Below are positions 49,201-61,876 of a stretch of 64,000 nt of DNA, one piece after another. The notes under the pieces are model-generated. The model ran no database searches. It was not told the origin of the DNA and worked only from the letters and a program-made list of their open reading frames with translations. Numbering within the stretch: the first letter of the stretch is position 1; every line of letters starts with the position of its first letter. Source of the DNA: Psammoneis japonica. Taxonomy: Eukaryota. The position numbers and the translations under genes are program-made. The stretch lies in NCBI GenBank assembly GCA_008632985.1, contig QPGO01000042.1, positions 434,001 through 498,000 of the forward strand. The letters run 5' to 3'.

Positions 49201-50367
49201 TCCGTTCTCGGTTTCGTCGGGAATCAACCGTTCCAGAAAGAGACCCGCGCTTAGGTTTAACATATTTTCACGTCCTTCACTAGCGCTCTCGGGTTGTCGC
49301 TCTTTGTCGTCATCGACATTGCAAAGGATAGACATGAGCGCCCTGTGCAATCCTTGCCTGGTAATACCATGAACGTCGTTCGGCGGGGGCGTGAACTGGA
49401 TGGGATAGTAGGGAGCTACAGCGTCGAACACATCCATTGACGGAAACACAGAAATGACCCCATTATCACCGGATGTCCCGAAGAAAGGCAAAAACGTACA
49501 TTGCAACGCTGATAGCAAATGTAGCAGCTGAAACAGACAGCGAGGGTCTGATTCGCCATGAAGACACGAGGCAGCAAATGACGTGAAACAAGCCATTTCT
49601 TTCTGAAGCCGTCGCGGATCAAGAGCATCTGTCAAGTCATCAGCGAAACCAAAACAAAGGGCAGCGCCATCGACACCCGCTTGAACCAGATCGAAGCAGG
49701 TGGATCGTCTCGATCGAGGCAGGGTCGAAAGCCCCCCACGTATGTCATTTACAGAACCAGAATCACCATATCCGTGGTCATATCCAATATTATCGACGTC
49801 TGGAGCTGCACAGCGTCTCTCTACTCCTGTCTGTGCAAGATTCAGCCGCAGTCTGACAGATTCTAGGAGTCGTTCATCTTTCTCTTCGGTGAGCGTTGCC
49901 CTCACCAGTGCGCTCAAGCAAAGAACCGCTGCGTCGCGTACCTGCTCATCAGTATCTTCATCAGGATCATCGTTGTCGGCTTCAAGTGGTCCGCAGTGAC
50001 CCAGAAGAAACTTCCCAAGTAGGGAGATTATTTTCAGCGATACTCCAACGCTACAACCCTCGATCGCGCCACAGACAGCGTAGAGAGCACATACACGGCC
50101 AACATGATGGGTCGATAATGCAGGCCCTAGATCAGCAATCATTTGAGCAAGTGCCTCATTATGCGACGACTTACTTGCAAGGACTTCGTCATCCAGCGTA
50201 ACCTGTGTCGATTGAACAAGCGTGCGAAAGTATTTGCGTGCTTCATCGCGAACGTTTTGTTTCTTGGAGGCATCCCGCTCTTCCAAGCAACTTGAATTCC
50301 ATTTTCTAAATGTCAGCGACAAAGCTGGAGCCCGATGCTGCAGCACAGATTCATCTACCTCGCTCAT
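46217..50367 (-). CDS. MMS19: MMS19/MET18 cytosolic Fe-S assembly HEAT-repeat protein (multi-exon)
   Basis: GESDPRCL..DVFDAVAPYYPIQFTPPPNDVHGITRQGL (MMS19 N domain) and C-terminal LDRSSALLRQAAVDVSNSW. Introns inferred near 47760-47670, 47180-47110 and 46550-46475. Confidence 0.85.
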
Positions 50368-51111
50368 TTCCAATCTCTCACCGACATAAAATCTCCTTGC
50401 ATCAACACCAAAAAACAACTGAACGACAACAACACGATATATAACGAAGCGTATGTTGTCGTCGTCTGTCGTCGTTGCTTGTTTGTTGCTCTCTTGTCCG
50501 TTTGTTGTCTGTGTCGGTGCAACGTGCGGCATACTCAATGCTGCGCGCGGTGCAGTTTTATTTCCAAGTTCCAAACTACTATTCCAAATGTCATTTGGCG
50601 CTCGCTTCGGCACTTCTGGTGCAATACCTACACTCTAGAGTAGAGTAGGCTCTACTATGAGAGATTACCAGGAGTAGATAAACAGTAGACACAAGCAGTG
50701 AATATCTTGTTTGTGGCTCAGTCGTCCGATTTTTTGAAAATGATTGAGTTCTTGAAACAAGGGCAAAGCACTTCACGTTCTGTTGCTCTCATAGTACTCA
50801 TCCGTTTCCGCCTCTACACGATTGTTTCAGGGTAGGGTGGGTCTGTACAATAGACGAACAGGGCCTGCGGGTTCGTACCTATCATGGCGTCGTTGGATTT
50901 ATTGTCACGAAATCTCCTTTCACCCTATTATTCTGACAAAGCTTCGTGATTCACTCTAGCTCTAGAAAGAAGATAAAATCGGGAGTGTATTACATTTTAT
51001 ACGGAAACTTCTTCAGAACCTACAAAGCAACGCTCCTCTCGATAAATCATGCGGCATCCCGACACATCCAATCCCCAACCTCGACCAAGGCCTTCTTGTC
51101 TTTCACGCAAG

Positions 51112-52398
51112 CTACGAGGCTAGTTCAGCAGGGTGTTCTTTCTTCCCTGTTTCCTCTTGTGTCAATCTACGATCGGGGTCGTTATTATCGTCCTCTCCGG
51201 GTTGCGCCTCGTCCACTTCCATCAAAGTACTACGTGGGTTGACCTGTGATTCGACCTGCCCGGTCTGAATCTGCGTTCCCGGCACCGGCTCGACTTGCTT
51301 TAGAATTTCGAGCAGCTGAATCTTTGTACGGTCAAGGTACTCAAAGGAGTTAAGATTCTCCATGTTGCTGGCGGGTAGGTGAAGACGATAGTCCGGACCG
51401 AAGTATTCAAAGTAGTCATTGAATGGGAGTTCGTCCTTGACATCGTCCCCAGTCAACACCGACGTTTCGTACGTCCAACATCGGGGGACGTTTCGAAGTG
51501 TGTACCCACCACCACCGAGGACAAGCATCGGAATGTTGAAGCTGCGCACAAACTCAACGCAATCGGCGTGGCCTTGGATGGAAAGGTTGAAGCAACCCAG
51601 GCGATCCCCGGACAAACTATCGGCCCCACACTGGAGGACGACAGCCCCGGGAGAGAACATCTCCATCACCTTACCAATGACTGGACGGAAGATGCTCCTG
51701 TAGGAAGCGTCGTCCATTCCGTCGTTGAGAGGAAAGTTGATGGCGTAGTTCTTGCCATCGGCATATCCGCAATCCTGGACGTCTCCGGTACCTGGGAAGT
51801 ACTCTCCAAACTTGTGGAAGGACACAGTCATGACACGGTTGGTGGCATAAAAGGCCTCCTCCACACCATCGCCATGGTGGATATCGATATCGATGTAAAG
51901 GACGCGCTCGTGTTTCTTTAGCAATTCAAGGATTGCAAGCACACAATCATTGACGTAGCAAAAGCCAGACGCCTCTGCTTTCTTGGCGTGGTGAAGACCT
52001 CCAGCCCAGTTGATAACAATGTCAACGCGGTTCTCGTTGAGGCGCGCCGCTCCTCCAATCGATCCCGAGGTATAGAGTTGACAGAACTCAAAGAGCCCGT
52101 CAAAAACGGGGCAGTCCTCTCCCACGTTGAAGCGCTGAAGCTGCCGGACGTAGTCTGACATGTTGTCGGGAGTGATAACCTTGAGGAAATTGATGTAATC
52201 GTCGCTATGAAACCGAGTCATGGCAGTCGGCGATATGAGGCGAGGACGAAACACCTCCATCCGACGGTACAGCCCATAGTTGACAACCAAGTTGTGTGTC
52301 ATTCTCACGCGGTGCGGCTTCATGGGATGCCCCTGGCCGTAGTGGTAGTTACCGACTTCGGCATCGTAAAAGTAGGACACGCGCCGTCCGTCAGACAT
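51112..52398 (-). CDS. HDAC1: Class I histone deacetylase (RPD3/HDAC1-2 family)
   Basis: [77 protein letters not shown]. Confidence 0.97.
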   Translation of the reverse strand: MSDGRRVSYFYDAEVGNYHYGQGHPMKPHRVRMTHNLVVNYGLYRRMEVFRPRLISPTAMTRFHSDDYINFLKVITPDNMSDYVRQLQRFNVGEDCPVFDGLFEFCQLYTSGSIGGAARLNENRVDIVINWAGGLHHAKKAEASGFCYVNDCVLAILELLKKHERVLYIDIDIHHGDGVEEAFYATNRVMTVSFHKFGEYFPGTGDVQDCGYADGKNYAINFPLNDGMDDASYRSIFRPVIGKVMEMFSPGAVVLQCGADSLSGDRLGCFNLSIQGHADCVEFVRSFNIPMLVLGGGGYTLRNVPRCWTYETSVLTGDDVKDELPFNDYFEYFGPDYRLHLPASNMENLNSFEYLDRTKIQLLEILKQVEPVPGTQIQTGQVESQVNPRSTLMEVDEAQPGEDDNNDPDRRLTQEETGKKEHPAELAS

Positions 52399-53097
52399 GA
52401 TTCACAGCTACGACGTATCAAACAGAGAGGGATTGTGCAAGGCACTGAGAGTCCTACACGAAATAATATACCGGTAGCAGTGTAAGTCTCTAGATATAAA
52501 ACACACGGTGCTGCCAGTTGCCGATTGCACCCGTGATGAGCGTTGTGCAGTGCATGGCACGCATTTGCGGAGTTTCTACGCATTTCTCTACACAGATCAA
52601 TACCAAAGCGCAATGGAAGCAAATCAAAATGACAGCGCGCTACAAAGAAACCCGGATTTGGATGGATGGACAGACAGACACTTCAAAATTTGAGAAGATA
52701 GAGTTGGGGGGCGTCTTTGGAAGTGAGATCGACGAAGGCGGTCTGATCGCCAGTGCGTTTGGGGGTTTTCCCAGTACAATTTGTACGCACAAAAAAACAC
52801 GTAGGATCTGTCCAGCGATCCCAAATACCCCAATCGCACTGATTGACAGACTGTTTTAGTACAAATTCTACGTAACTTTCTTCGACAGTCTCACTTCCGA
52901 AGACGTCCCCCAGAGTTAGTTTTAAAGTTTGAGGATGGATAGACTTGTTGGATCGAATTAGGCTACGCAGTTACGCAGATATTATATGAAGCAAGCATGA
53001 TGTAAAGCTTCGCCTAGTAAAGAGAGGACAGAAAGGGCGCAGCGCATTGAAACCGGTGCCTGCTCCAATCCAAATCTAAAAGTCACGAACATTCTGG

Positions 53098-54759
53098 TTA
53101 CGCGGATATTCCTGTCAGCTCTTTCTGAGCTCTACGCTCTGCTCTACGTGCGAGCTTCCTTGCTCTCTTGAGCTGTGCCTGCGTCATTTGAGATTCATCC
53201 AAAGGTAGATCTGAAGTCTCGACAACTGCCGCTGAATTGACTTCATTGTTTGTGTAGTCAAACCCTCGGTTTTGCGATAACGAACCTTCATCCTTGCAAC
53301 GATTTTTGCTTCTCAATTCTTGTTCACTTTTCTTCTCTTTCCTTTTCTCTGCCCGTAGCTTCTTCGCTTCGCTGGACACATGCTCATCAGCTATGCGTGC
53401 GTCCGATTGTAAACTCACTGTCAATCGTTTCTGCGATCGATCGATTTCTACAACTCTTGCGCTCACCTTCTCTCCTACTCTCAACACAGATTGAGGAGAT
53501 TCCACATAATCATCTTGTATCCTCGAAACGTGACAGAACGCATCTGAATGACAACCAATGTCAATAAACACACCAAAGGGTTTCAAAATGTAAACGACTG
53601 TACCATCATAGCGATCGCCAATGTGATAGTCGGTGACAGGCTTTCTTCCGAGACAGCGCCGTCCATCGCTTTTCATCTTCTTGGTGGGATGAAGCTGTTG
53701 TTGATTTTCCTCTGCCTTTTCTTCTTCCAAGCTCTCGTTGGATACCGTTTCTGAGGGTTGAGCAATCGCCTCTTTATGTTCGTCGCCGCTGTGTTCTTTA
53801 GTATCGCCGGTTGGGGCAGAAGCTGCACCTCTTCGTCCACGTCTCTTTCTGCCTCTCTGGCGTTTCACCTTTGCCACTCCCACACTTGTGTCACTGTCTG
53901 AGTCTGAATCACTTTTCGTGACGTCTGTTTTATCGCTGCCTAGCTTGTCGCTCACAATTGATGGTGTAGGAGCAGGAGCCTCGTTGGGGTCGACTGAGCT
54001 GGCTTCTGCATTCTGATTAAAAGACCTGATAGTTGATTCACTTTTCGGTCGGTCAAGATTCGAGGTTCCCAGATTGATACTGCTGGATGGCTGCACCGTG
54101 GAAGTAGAGACGGCATTCGGTGCCTCGCGTACCGTGTCCGAAGTCTTTTGTCGTTTTGGAGCCTGTCGCGCCTTCTTTGTACTATACGCTTGCTTTCTAT
54201 CTTCAAATGCTTGAATTTCCTTTTGTAGCTGCGTGCGAGTTTCGTCATTATCTGCTTGCTCTAGTTTCCTTTTCAAGTGCTTTGGCTTTGCAACTTTCGT
54301 TTTCTTCTTTGTAGTCTCCGAAACACCGCATCTCCGGCTTGTAAGATGCTTCCCATTTTCAAAAGGCCGACGATTAGGGTCATTCCGATGGTTGAACGAT
54401 CGAGGAGGATTGAGCGTGCCGGAAGGTCCACCCCTGGACGACACTGGATGATACCTTGCGGGTGGTGCGCCTCTCGCGCCACGTCGTTGTTTGCTCCTTG
54501 TGTTGTCGCCGTTTCTCGGAAAGCTTCCGCCTCCCGTCTTGGCCATAATTCTAGTGACTGCATTACGACGATTCGAAGAGGCCACAGTTCTACCAGGCCG
54601 CGGAGTATGCATTGCTTCGTTGGTTTCCATCTTGCCGTTATCTGCGTGGTGAGTCTCACTTTTTCGTGTGTTCTTGGGGGCATTGGATTCTTCTTTTGCA
54701 GTAGACTCCATTCCAAGACGTTTCAACCTCCTTCGTTCCTTTGCCGCCTTTCCACCCAT
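53098..54759 (-). CDS. Basic low-complexity protein with an S1 RNA-binding domain
   Basis: GDRYDGTVVYILKPFGVFIDIGCHSDAFCHVSRIQDDYVESPQSVLRVGEKVSARVVEIDRSQKRLTVSL. Confidence 0.85.
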   Translation of the reverse strand: MGGKAAKERRRLKRLGMESTAKEESNAPKNTRKSETHHADNGKMETNEAMHTPRPGRTVASSNRRNAVTRIMAKTGGGSFPRNGDNTRSKQRRGARGAPPARYHPVSSRGGPSGTLNPPRSFNHRNDPNRRPFENGKHLTSRRCGVSETTKKKTKVAKPKHLKRKLEQADNDETRTQLQKEIQAFEDRKQAYSTKKARQAPKRQKTSDTVREAPNAVSTSTVQPSSSINLGTSNLDRPKSESTIRSFNQNAEASSVDPNEAPAPTPSIVSDKLGSDKTDVTKSDSDSDSDTSVGVAKVKRQRGRKRRGRRGAASAPTGDTKEHSGDEHKEAIAQPSETVSNESLEEEKAEENQQQLHPTKKMKSDGRRCLGRKPVTDYHIGDRYDGTVVYILKPFGVFIDIGCHSDAFCHVSRIQDDYVESPQSVLRVGEKVSARVVEIDRSQKRLTVSLQSDARIADEHVSSEAKKLRAEKRKEKKSEQELRSKNRCKDEGSLSQNRGFDYTNNEVNSAAVVETSDLPLDESQMTQAQLKRARKLARRAERRAQKELTGISA

Positions 54760-55087
54760 TTTCAAATCTCTTCTTCTTTCGCAAAGGTGCCTACCGTATT
54801 CGGTGTGTTTTTCTTGTTCTTTGTTCTTGCCTCTGTCTCTTGTTTCTTGTTTGTTTTTGGATGGATGGAAGTTTCACAAGTTTCAAATAATGCTCTCTCT
54901 TTTCGTGGCCGCGCGAGCGTTTCGTAGCCGTCCGTAACATTTCTACACAGATGACGTCTGCACGTACGTACGCCGTACGTACACCTTATCTTCGCGCGAA
55001 CGCAAGATTTCAGCATGCTCACGTCCCCGCTCCCCGCTCCCCGCCCCCGACAATGATAGCAAAAATCAACCCCGCATCGTTGTGACA

Positions 55088-57766
55088 ATGCCGCGGTTCG
55101 GGCCACCGTTAGACTTCTCTCCTCCAGAAACAACTCCTCCGATAAGGACACCACTGCAAGCTCGGTCACACCTAGAGCGAGTTGATGAAAGTGTGTGCTT
55201 GTCGTGCCTATCTCCTGATGGCAGGTCAGTGCACTCGCTGTCATTCCAGCGAGGTTCTGACGCAGTCATTGAATCCCATAGTCTTCCCCTTCTTGGGACG
55301 ACTGCTGATCAGCAGCGTACTGAGAGAGAAGTTCCTGTCGTCGTAAGAACTACGCTACCCCAGGTGGTGCAGTCGACATTGGCCCTGGAACCACCTTTGG
55401 AACTAATTTGCGTCGATGGCGATTCTCCCAGTCCCAGTCCGCATCGCGACCCATACGATCTATCTGACAGCGCGTCATTGCAACCAACGGCAAGCAGGAG
55501 ACATCTACCCCTTCTATGCTTGTACACACGCAAGTCTGTCTATCTATTGCAATTCGCGTTTGCAGAGAAGTCCTCATACGATCCAAGCTCGCCTGTGCAG
55601 GGTGAAGTGATTTCTGTGACTGAACCCTTTGAATCTTACTTGTTGGACGCATCATCTTCGACGGATATCATTCGTATCCGTCCCGCACCGCAAAGGCGAA
55701 TGGGATTCGCAACTATGTGTCCACCTGGGTCGATGGCAATGTTGACTTCTGAGCATGCCTTGGTGCTATACCATGGACCACGAGGAAAGAGGCGAGACGA
55801 GGCTCGTGTGACGAAGCCGCTTACCTTTGGGTTGGAAGAACTTGCAGACGGGGAAAACTTGATTACCGACTTTGTGTTTTGTCAGTCAACAGAACTGCCT
55901 CTGCTGTCTTCTATTTCGGTGCTGCTCTTGAAGGCATCAGGAGCTGTTCTTGGAGCAAGCGGCGTTTTGTTTCATGGGGCCGTTGTTCCCCGTACACTTG
56001 TGCAGGAGAGTGTCCACTTTCTGGAAAGTGAAGTAGAGCGTCTTGAAGACCCAGCTCTCGCAAAATGGCGACAGTGCAAAGCGGCTCTGCGGCTCCTGGA
56101 GAATGCCTTTGGCCAACCAGACACTCCGGCAACACGAAAAGGTCATTTTGTGGAAGCTCATGTGCAATCGCGTGGGAGTGTTGAAGACGCAACCACGTGG
56201 CCGATTCAGCTTCAAGGCCCCCTTTTGACTCCATCCGATCCAAACTCAGACGACTCTTTTAATGATGCCATGATCATTGAAAACATATTCTCCAAGGGAC
56301 TGGTGGGAATAGTCATTGGCAGAGCTAACGGTGCTGTCGACTTTGCCGTTATATCTCCGACTTCCCTTTTACCACGCTTCGAATTCGAGGACGAAGAAGA
56401 TCAAGTTGCCCTTGATGATTCCCTCTTTGACTCTGGAGTTGTTCTGGAGAGAGTGAGTGTGCAGCCTGACGACAACGAGACGAGTGGATCTCTTGGCAAG
56501 CCTGGTCTAATACAGGACCTGGTAGTGGATTCCATGGTGCATTTCGTGTCAAGGAACGGCGTGGCTACCATATCAACCAACGCCATGTACGTCGCGAGTA
56601 ACAAAGTGCGACTCCATGCCGAGGGGACCGAAGCAGGGGATAGTCGCGGCTTTCTGTCGCCACCAACCTCAGGATCAAAGCCGGTGGAGGAGCAGGTGAA
56701 AACTTCCGCATGGTGGAGCGCACAAGTTTCTCCTACAGGCGTATCAGGACGAGCTCGTTTGGTAGGAGCAGTTGTGAGTGGGGATGTTCAGTTTGGACAC
56801 GTCCTTTTGGTGAGGCTTTCAAATGGTAAGGATTAATTCACGTCGATAGTAATGTTTTGTCGCTGCTTGGTTCTCATCTTTCTCGCCTTGTTGCTGTTAG
56901 GATCGATGGATGCAATAAGTTTAACTGAATCAAGACTTCTTCATGAATCATCAACTTCCATTTTCCATGAAGAATCGGTACCGCAAACGGCAAGCCGCGA
57001 AGTCGCAGCCGCCGAGGAGGCTCTAGATGCTGTGAACGCGACACGTCCGCTTGTCGACCTCATCGATCCGTTGGTCAAACAAGTTGTTGACGGCGTTTCT
57101 GGCATGGGAAAGATTGTTGGTGGGGAAACAGCTCCTCATGACATCACCCCCGTCGAACTAGCAATGGCCATCTCTGTGATAGAGAGTTGTGAGAACAATA
57201 TCGTGCTCCCGATGAACGAGTTGAACCAAATCACTGCTCGACGCATGGAGGCTCTTCGCGAGATTCACGAGAATCAGGTGGTACAGATTGAGCATTTGAA
57301 GGACATGGTTCGAATACTCAAGGAGAGAATGGCTTCGACAGAGGAGAAGCTGAGGAAGGCCAAATCAACAGCCGCTAATTTATCTGAAAGGAGTAGTGGG
57401 GTCTTGGAAGCGAGCCATGCCATGCAACCCACCGTAACGGACGCCGAGCTCGACTACTTCGCTTACATCAAGCGACTCGATGGCAAATGCGCCGAGTGGG
57501 AGAAAAAGAGCAAGGCACTGGAAGACTCCTGTGCTAACTTTTGCGACTCGTTAGACCCGGGTAAATCAAAGTTTCTTGTTGAGCTACCCAATGACCAAAT
57601 TACCAACTGTCACGCTTTGTTGAATGGTCAAGCCATCCTGCTCGAGAGAGAAGGAACTGCGCTCAAGGAGACCAAGGCGAATCTACAGGAATTTGCCGCA
57701 ACGGCCGGTCTCGGCATTCTTGAGGAAGCCACTTCAGATGAACAGTTGTATGGTAGTGTGCAGTGA
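55088..57766 (+). CDS. Probable nucleoporin Nup88/Nup82-like protein (2 exons, intron 56826-56900)
   Basis: Beta-rich N-terminal region plus C-terminal coiled coil; GTAAG..TAG intron joins the ORFs in frame. Family assignment rests on architecture only. Confidence 0.55.
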
Positions 57767-57801
57767 TCGACCACGACGAACACTAATCTTAGTTGACGTT
57801 T

Positions 57802-58470
57802 CTATAACAATGTATCAAGGGGTAATAAATACTGTCGGAACTCGCCATCCGCCAATTCGACCTGAAAATACACCCCGCGATAGTTTCCATCATATGGCTC
57901 TAAAAGTGCATCACCCGGCTTCCAAAGAGCATCAAAACCCAATCCACTTTTTCGTATCTCTGCAAAAGTCAAGGATCCTCCCGTATTGTACTTAATATAC
58001 ACACCGCCGTCAATTTCAATAGGAATACCGTCCTTGTCTAAGCCATGAAGTAGTCCACGGGGGAGTTGCAGTTCTGTCACCCAAGATTTTAGCGTATTCA
58101 CTCCTTCTTCTGCACTGGAAGCGCATATACCTAGCATACATCTTCCTTTTGTTGAATCGGCAAGGCGTTCGTTCTCGGCAGCCCTACACAGCTGTCGCAC
58201 AGCATCCGGTATCCTTGAGCGGTCTTTATCTAACTTCTGTTTCTCCGTATCCCTTGACGCAACATCAGAATTGTACTTCTGGTCCCAATCTAGAAGTAAT
58301 CGCGAGGCTTCCTTCACGCCAACGACGCCTGGCACTTCGGGTTCCCCCGCCCGAGACGCAGACCGAAAACTTTCACGACGATGTACAATCTTACACCAAA
58401 TCGAAACAGAAAAGGCGTCTGAGACACCAAATAATATACACAAAACAGTAAAGTACTCACTGAAGCGCAT
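57802..58470 (-). CDS. Hypothetical protein, likely plastid-targeted
   Basis: Signal peptide ending VSDA|FSV (ASAFAP-like), then an Arg/Ser-rich transit-like stretch. Confidence 0.7.
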   Translation of the reverse strand: MRFSEYFTVLCILFGVSDAFSVSIWCKIVHRRESFRSASRAGEPEVPGVVGVKEASRLLLDWDQKYNSDVASRDTEKQKLDKDRSRIPDAVRQLCRAAENERLADSTKGRCMLGICASSAEEGVNTLKSWVTELQLPRGLLHGLDKDGIPIEIDGGVYIKYNTGGSLTFAEIRKSGLGFDALWKPGDALLEPYDGNYRGVYFQVELADGEFRQYLLPLDTLL

Positions 58471-58857
58471 CGTTGAAAGTAGTTGCGTGGAGACGACTAT
58501 CTTGAGTCTACCCGCCGTCTTGGGTGGTGATGTCGTACTAACTACGTGTGTCGTGTCCCGAAATCAGCGGTCCGGGCGCAGCGGGGTACCGTAACTTACA
58601 TGCCGGTACTGCAGGGTCCGGGCGGTCGGTAGCTGCAGTAACCTTACATGAAAAAAGTTTGATTTTTCTCATAAAATGACAAAAATCTACTTTACCCACC
58701 GCAGACAGATGTGACTTTTGTCAGTTTGGAGTTTTTCGGTGGCAATGCAGCACCGTGCCGGCACGAAATCGAGCTTCTTTCTCACCAAAACTTTTGCCGT
58801 TCAGTTTGCTGTCATTTTTCATGTTTGCAGCAAGAAGCAAGTGATCCCGATTCAACC

Positions 58858-59430
58858 ATGTTGGTCCATCAGCAAGAAGAGATGCCGAGTTCAAGCTCAT
58901 CTTCGTTGGCATTGTGACGCTGGTGAGAAGACCCTCTTGAGCCATTGCTCTCATTGCTGAGACGGAGAAGGAGAAGAAGTGTGTCACGAGTTTGGGTGCG
59001 GAAGTCCTTCCGCTTGCTTTCAACACAAACCACAGTCCAATCAAGTTCAATGTTTGGATGACAAATGGCCAGGAGAAGTTCGGAGGCCTCTGCGCTGACC
59101 GCATCTGCTTGCAGGGCCAGAGTGCGCGCCGCCATGATGTTTGACGTGACGTCCCCTGTGAAACGTCCAAGAATGTGCCCAACTGGTGCCAGGATCTCAT
59201 GCGCATCTGCAAGAACATCCTGATCATTCTCATTGGAAACAAGGTTGAGATCAAGGATTGCAAGGTCAAGGCCAAGCAGATCACCCGCTGCACTGTGACA
59301 TCTCTTCCGAGACAGGCTTTGACTGTGAGAAGCCCTTCCTCTGTCTTGCTTGCAAGCTTCGTGGTGATGCACAGCTTCAGTTCATCAACAAGCTTGCTCT
59401 TCAACACCTCCAAAGCCTGGCAATCCTGGC
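58858..59430 (+). pseudogene. RAN: Ran GTPase pseudogene, copy 1
   Basis: [83 protein letters not shown]; frameshifted. Confidence 0.9.
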
Positions 59431-59438
59431 TCAACTGC

Positions 59439-59996
59439 GTGTTGGTCCACCAGCAAGAGATGCCCGAGTTCAAGCTCATTTTCATCTGGGCTGTGACCAC
59501 GACATCGGCAGAACACCCCCTTGAACCATCACTTGACAGATGAGTCCATGAAGGAGAAGAATTTTGTCATGAGTTTGGGTGTGGAAGTTCTTCTGCTTGC
59601 TTTCTGTGTGAGCTGCAGCCCAGTCAATCAAGTTCAATGTTTCGGAGGCCTCCGTGATGGCATCTGCATGCAGGGCCAGTGAGCCATCATGATGTTTGAT
59701 GTGACATCCTGTGAAATGTCCAAGAACATGCCCAACTGGTGCTGGGATCTCACGCACGTCTGCAAGAATGTGCCGATCGTTCTCATCAGAAACAAGGTCA
59801 AGATCAAAGATCACAAGGTCAAGGCCAAGCAGATCACCTGCCACTGCAAGAAGAGCCTCCAGCACCATGACATCTCTGCTGAGATGGGCTCCAACTGTGA
59901 GAAGCCCTTCCTCTGTCTTGCTTGCAAGCTTCACGGTGTGACACACAGCTTCAGTTCATCAACAAGCTCACTCTTCAGCCTCCGAAGCCTCCAACT
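59439..59996 (+). pseudogene. RAN: Ran GTPase pseudogene, copy 2 (tandem)
   Basis: [77 protein letters not shown]. Confidence 0.9.
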
Positions 59997-60485
59997 GGAG
60001 AAAACAATCACAGTGAGCTTCAGACGCTCAGCGGGGATCTCGCAGCAAGTGTCGCCGGCAATGCAGGGAAGAAGCTCAGATGGTTTTCATTGTGTTGACC
60101 CTGGAGTCAGTCACAGATCAACGGAAAACGACAAAGACAAAATGGAAAATCTGTTTGGTCAAACCAGCTTGTGCGCACATTTTGGTCTGTTGTGTCACAT
60201 GCCTTGACTGCGCTGGACATGCAATGCATGTGGTGTTTTGTTTGCAAAGTGGTGCCGGCATGTGCTGTTGCTGAGTTTGCACAAGGCTGGGCAGGCTTCA
60301 TTGTGTGCCAAGCAATGCACAAGAAGTTCGTGCAAGCAATGGTTTTCCATGGCATTTGACAATGTCACCCTCCTCCTCGTTGTTGACATTTGTGGACCAG
60401 ACTTGCTTGTTCTTGTTGCTGTGGATCACAAGCCACCTGTGCTGTGCATGACGCATGACATCACTTCATCCAACATGCTGCTGTT

Positions 60486-60884
60486 GACACGTTCCAGCTC
60501 TAGGTGGGACCTCGTGCTGCTGAACTGTGACATCAACAGTTTTTTGGATCGCGTCGCATGTCGCGCGCGCACATTTCTGCGTGTGACATTCTACAAAATT
60601 GTTTCTGTGCTCCCTGTTTTGCGAAGCCAAAGGCTTTCTATTTTCAACATTTGTGAGAATGAAAATGTGCTGGGTGTGTTCTTTAATGTCTGAAGAACAC
60701 ACCCGGGCAAACTGTCAATGATGGTGCTGCAAGCACGAAGGAGGAGATGCGTTCATGAAATTGCCTCTTTTTCTGTTGGCAATCATCCACATTTTCATTG
60801 CAGCACAAATTTACTGCGGAGCTCGCATGTAGAATTCTACGGGCCCAATGTCACATGGAGTCCCACCCAGGACTGGAACCCGTC
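60486..60884 (-). mobile_element. ~399-bp MITE, same family as 269-665, with 4-bp TSD TGTT
   Basis: TGTT|GACACGTTCCAGCTCTAGGTGGGAC ... GTCCCACCCAGGACTGGAACCCGTC|TGTT. Confidence 0.85.
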
Positions 60885-61876
60885 TGTTGCAGCATTCGAG
60901 TCAACTCCGAAGCCATCCCTTGTCGAGTGCATTTCAACATCGTCCCACTTCACTCTGTGGAAACTTGTGTGTGTCAAAGATGTTGATGCATCATTTGCAG
61001 TGGGAACAGCAAGAGGAACATTGTTGCTCTTTCTCTTGCTTGGAGATGAATTCTCGTCCTTCTTGTTCTCTTGCACACCACGACAGACGCTGCAGTCGCT
61101 GCCAAGCAACATGAGCGAGCTGCAGCAGCACCAGCACCAAAACACAAGTCCATCAATTGCATCATTGCTTTAACATCAACACCGATGCAATGGTCTTCTT
61201 CATCGGCAACCGTTGTAGAAAATTCGACACACCCAGATCATCGTCGGCATCGGACATCGGAAACTTTGAGAAATGAGTCGCCCCGAGCTTTTCTCGTGGT
61301 TTTCATCACCAGATGAGTTCATCAGGTCAAAATGACAATGACCCTTTTCTGATCAGCCAGAACAATCCACCAGCTCAATGCTGGATGGAGACGATGGACG
61401 TTGGCAATCTCCACAGAGTTGTGCTGTTGCATCAGGAAGGGATGAGATGATTGAGGATCTATCTGCGACGGACGGACGTGGACGACCGACCGTGGGCGGG
61501 CGGGCGGGCACGCAACGCACGTGGCTGCGGGAGCGAGCGAGCATTTTGCTCGAGTGAGTAAATGATGCGAAGCATCAAGGTGGCTGGTTCGTTTTTCGTT
61601 CTACACACTCTTGACACACTCTACTGTATGCTATTCGACACCACATACCACCGCTCATCGCATACAAACCAGTTCTGCCGTAATATCCCTCTTTGCCGAA
61701 CCTCTCTTCTTTTCCCTTTGATATTGGATGGCACGTGTACCTATCAGAATTTCGTATGTAGTTCCCGACCGTGACCGCCTCGATCTCAACTCAAATTACA
61801 AGCAAGAGCTGCTGACTGCTGACTGCTGACCGCAGCCTCACTCTTTCCAATCCTTGATACGAATCGTTACCCCATA

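Noticed and set aside
51112..52398. HDAC, MMS19 or the AAA ATPase as the machinery of the hypermutation
   Set aside because: These are ordinary housekeeping genes; proximity in a eukaryotic genome is not evidence, and no deaminase or polymerase gene is visible in the window.
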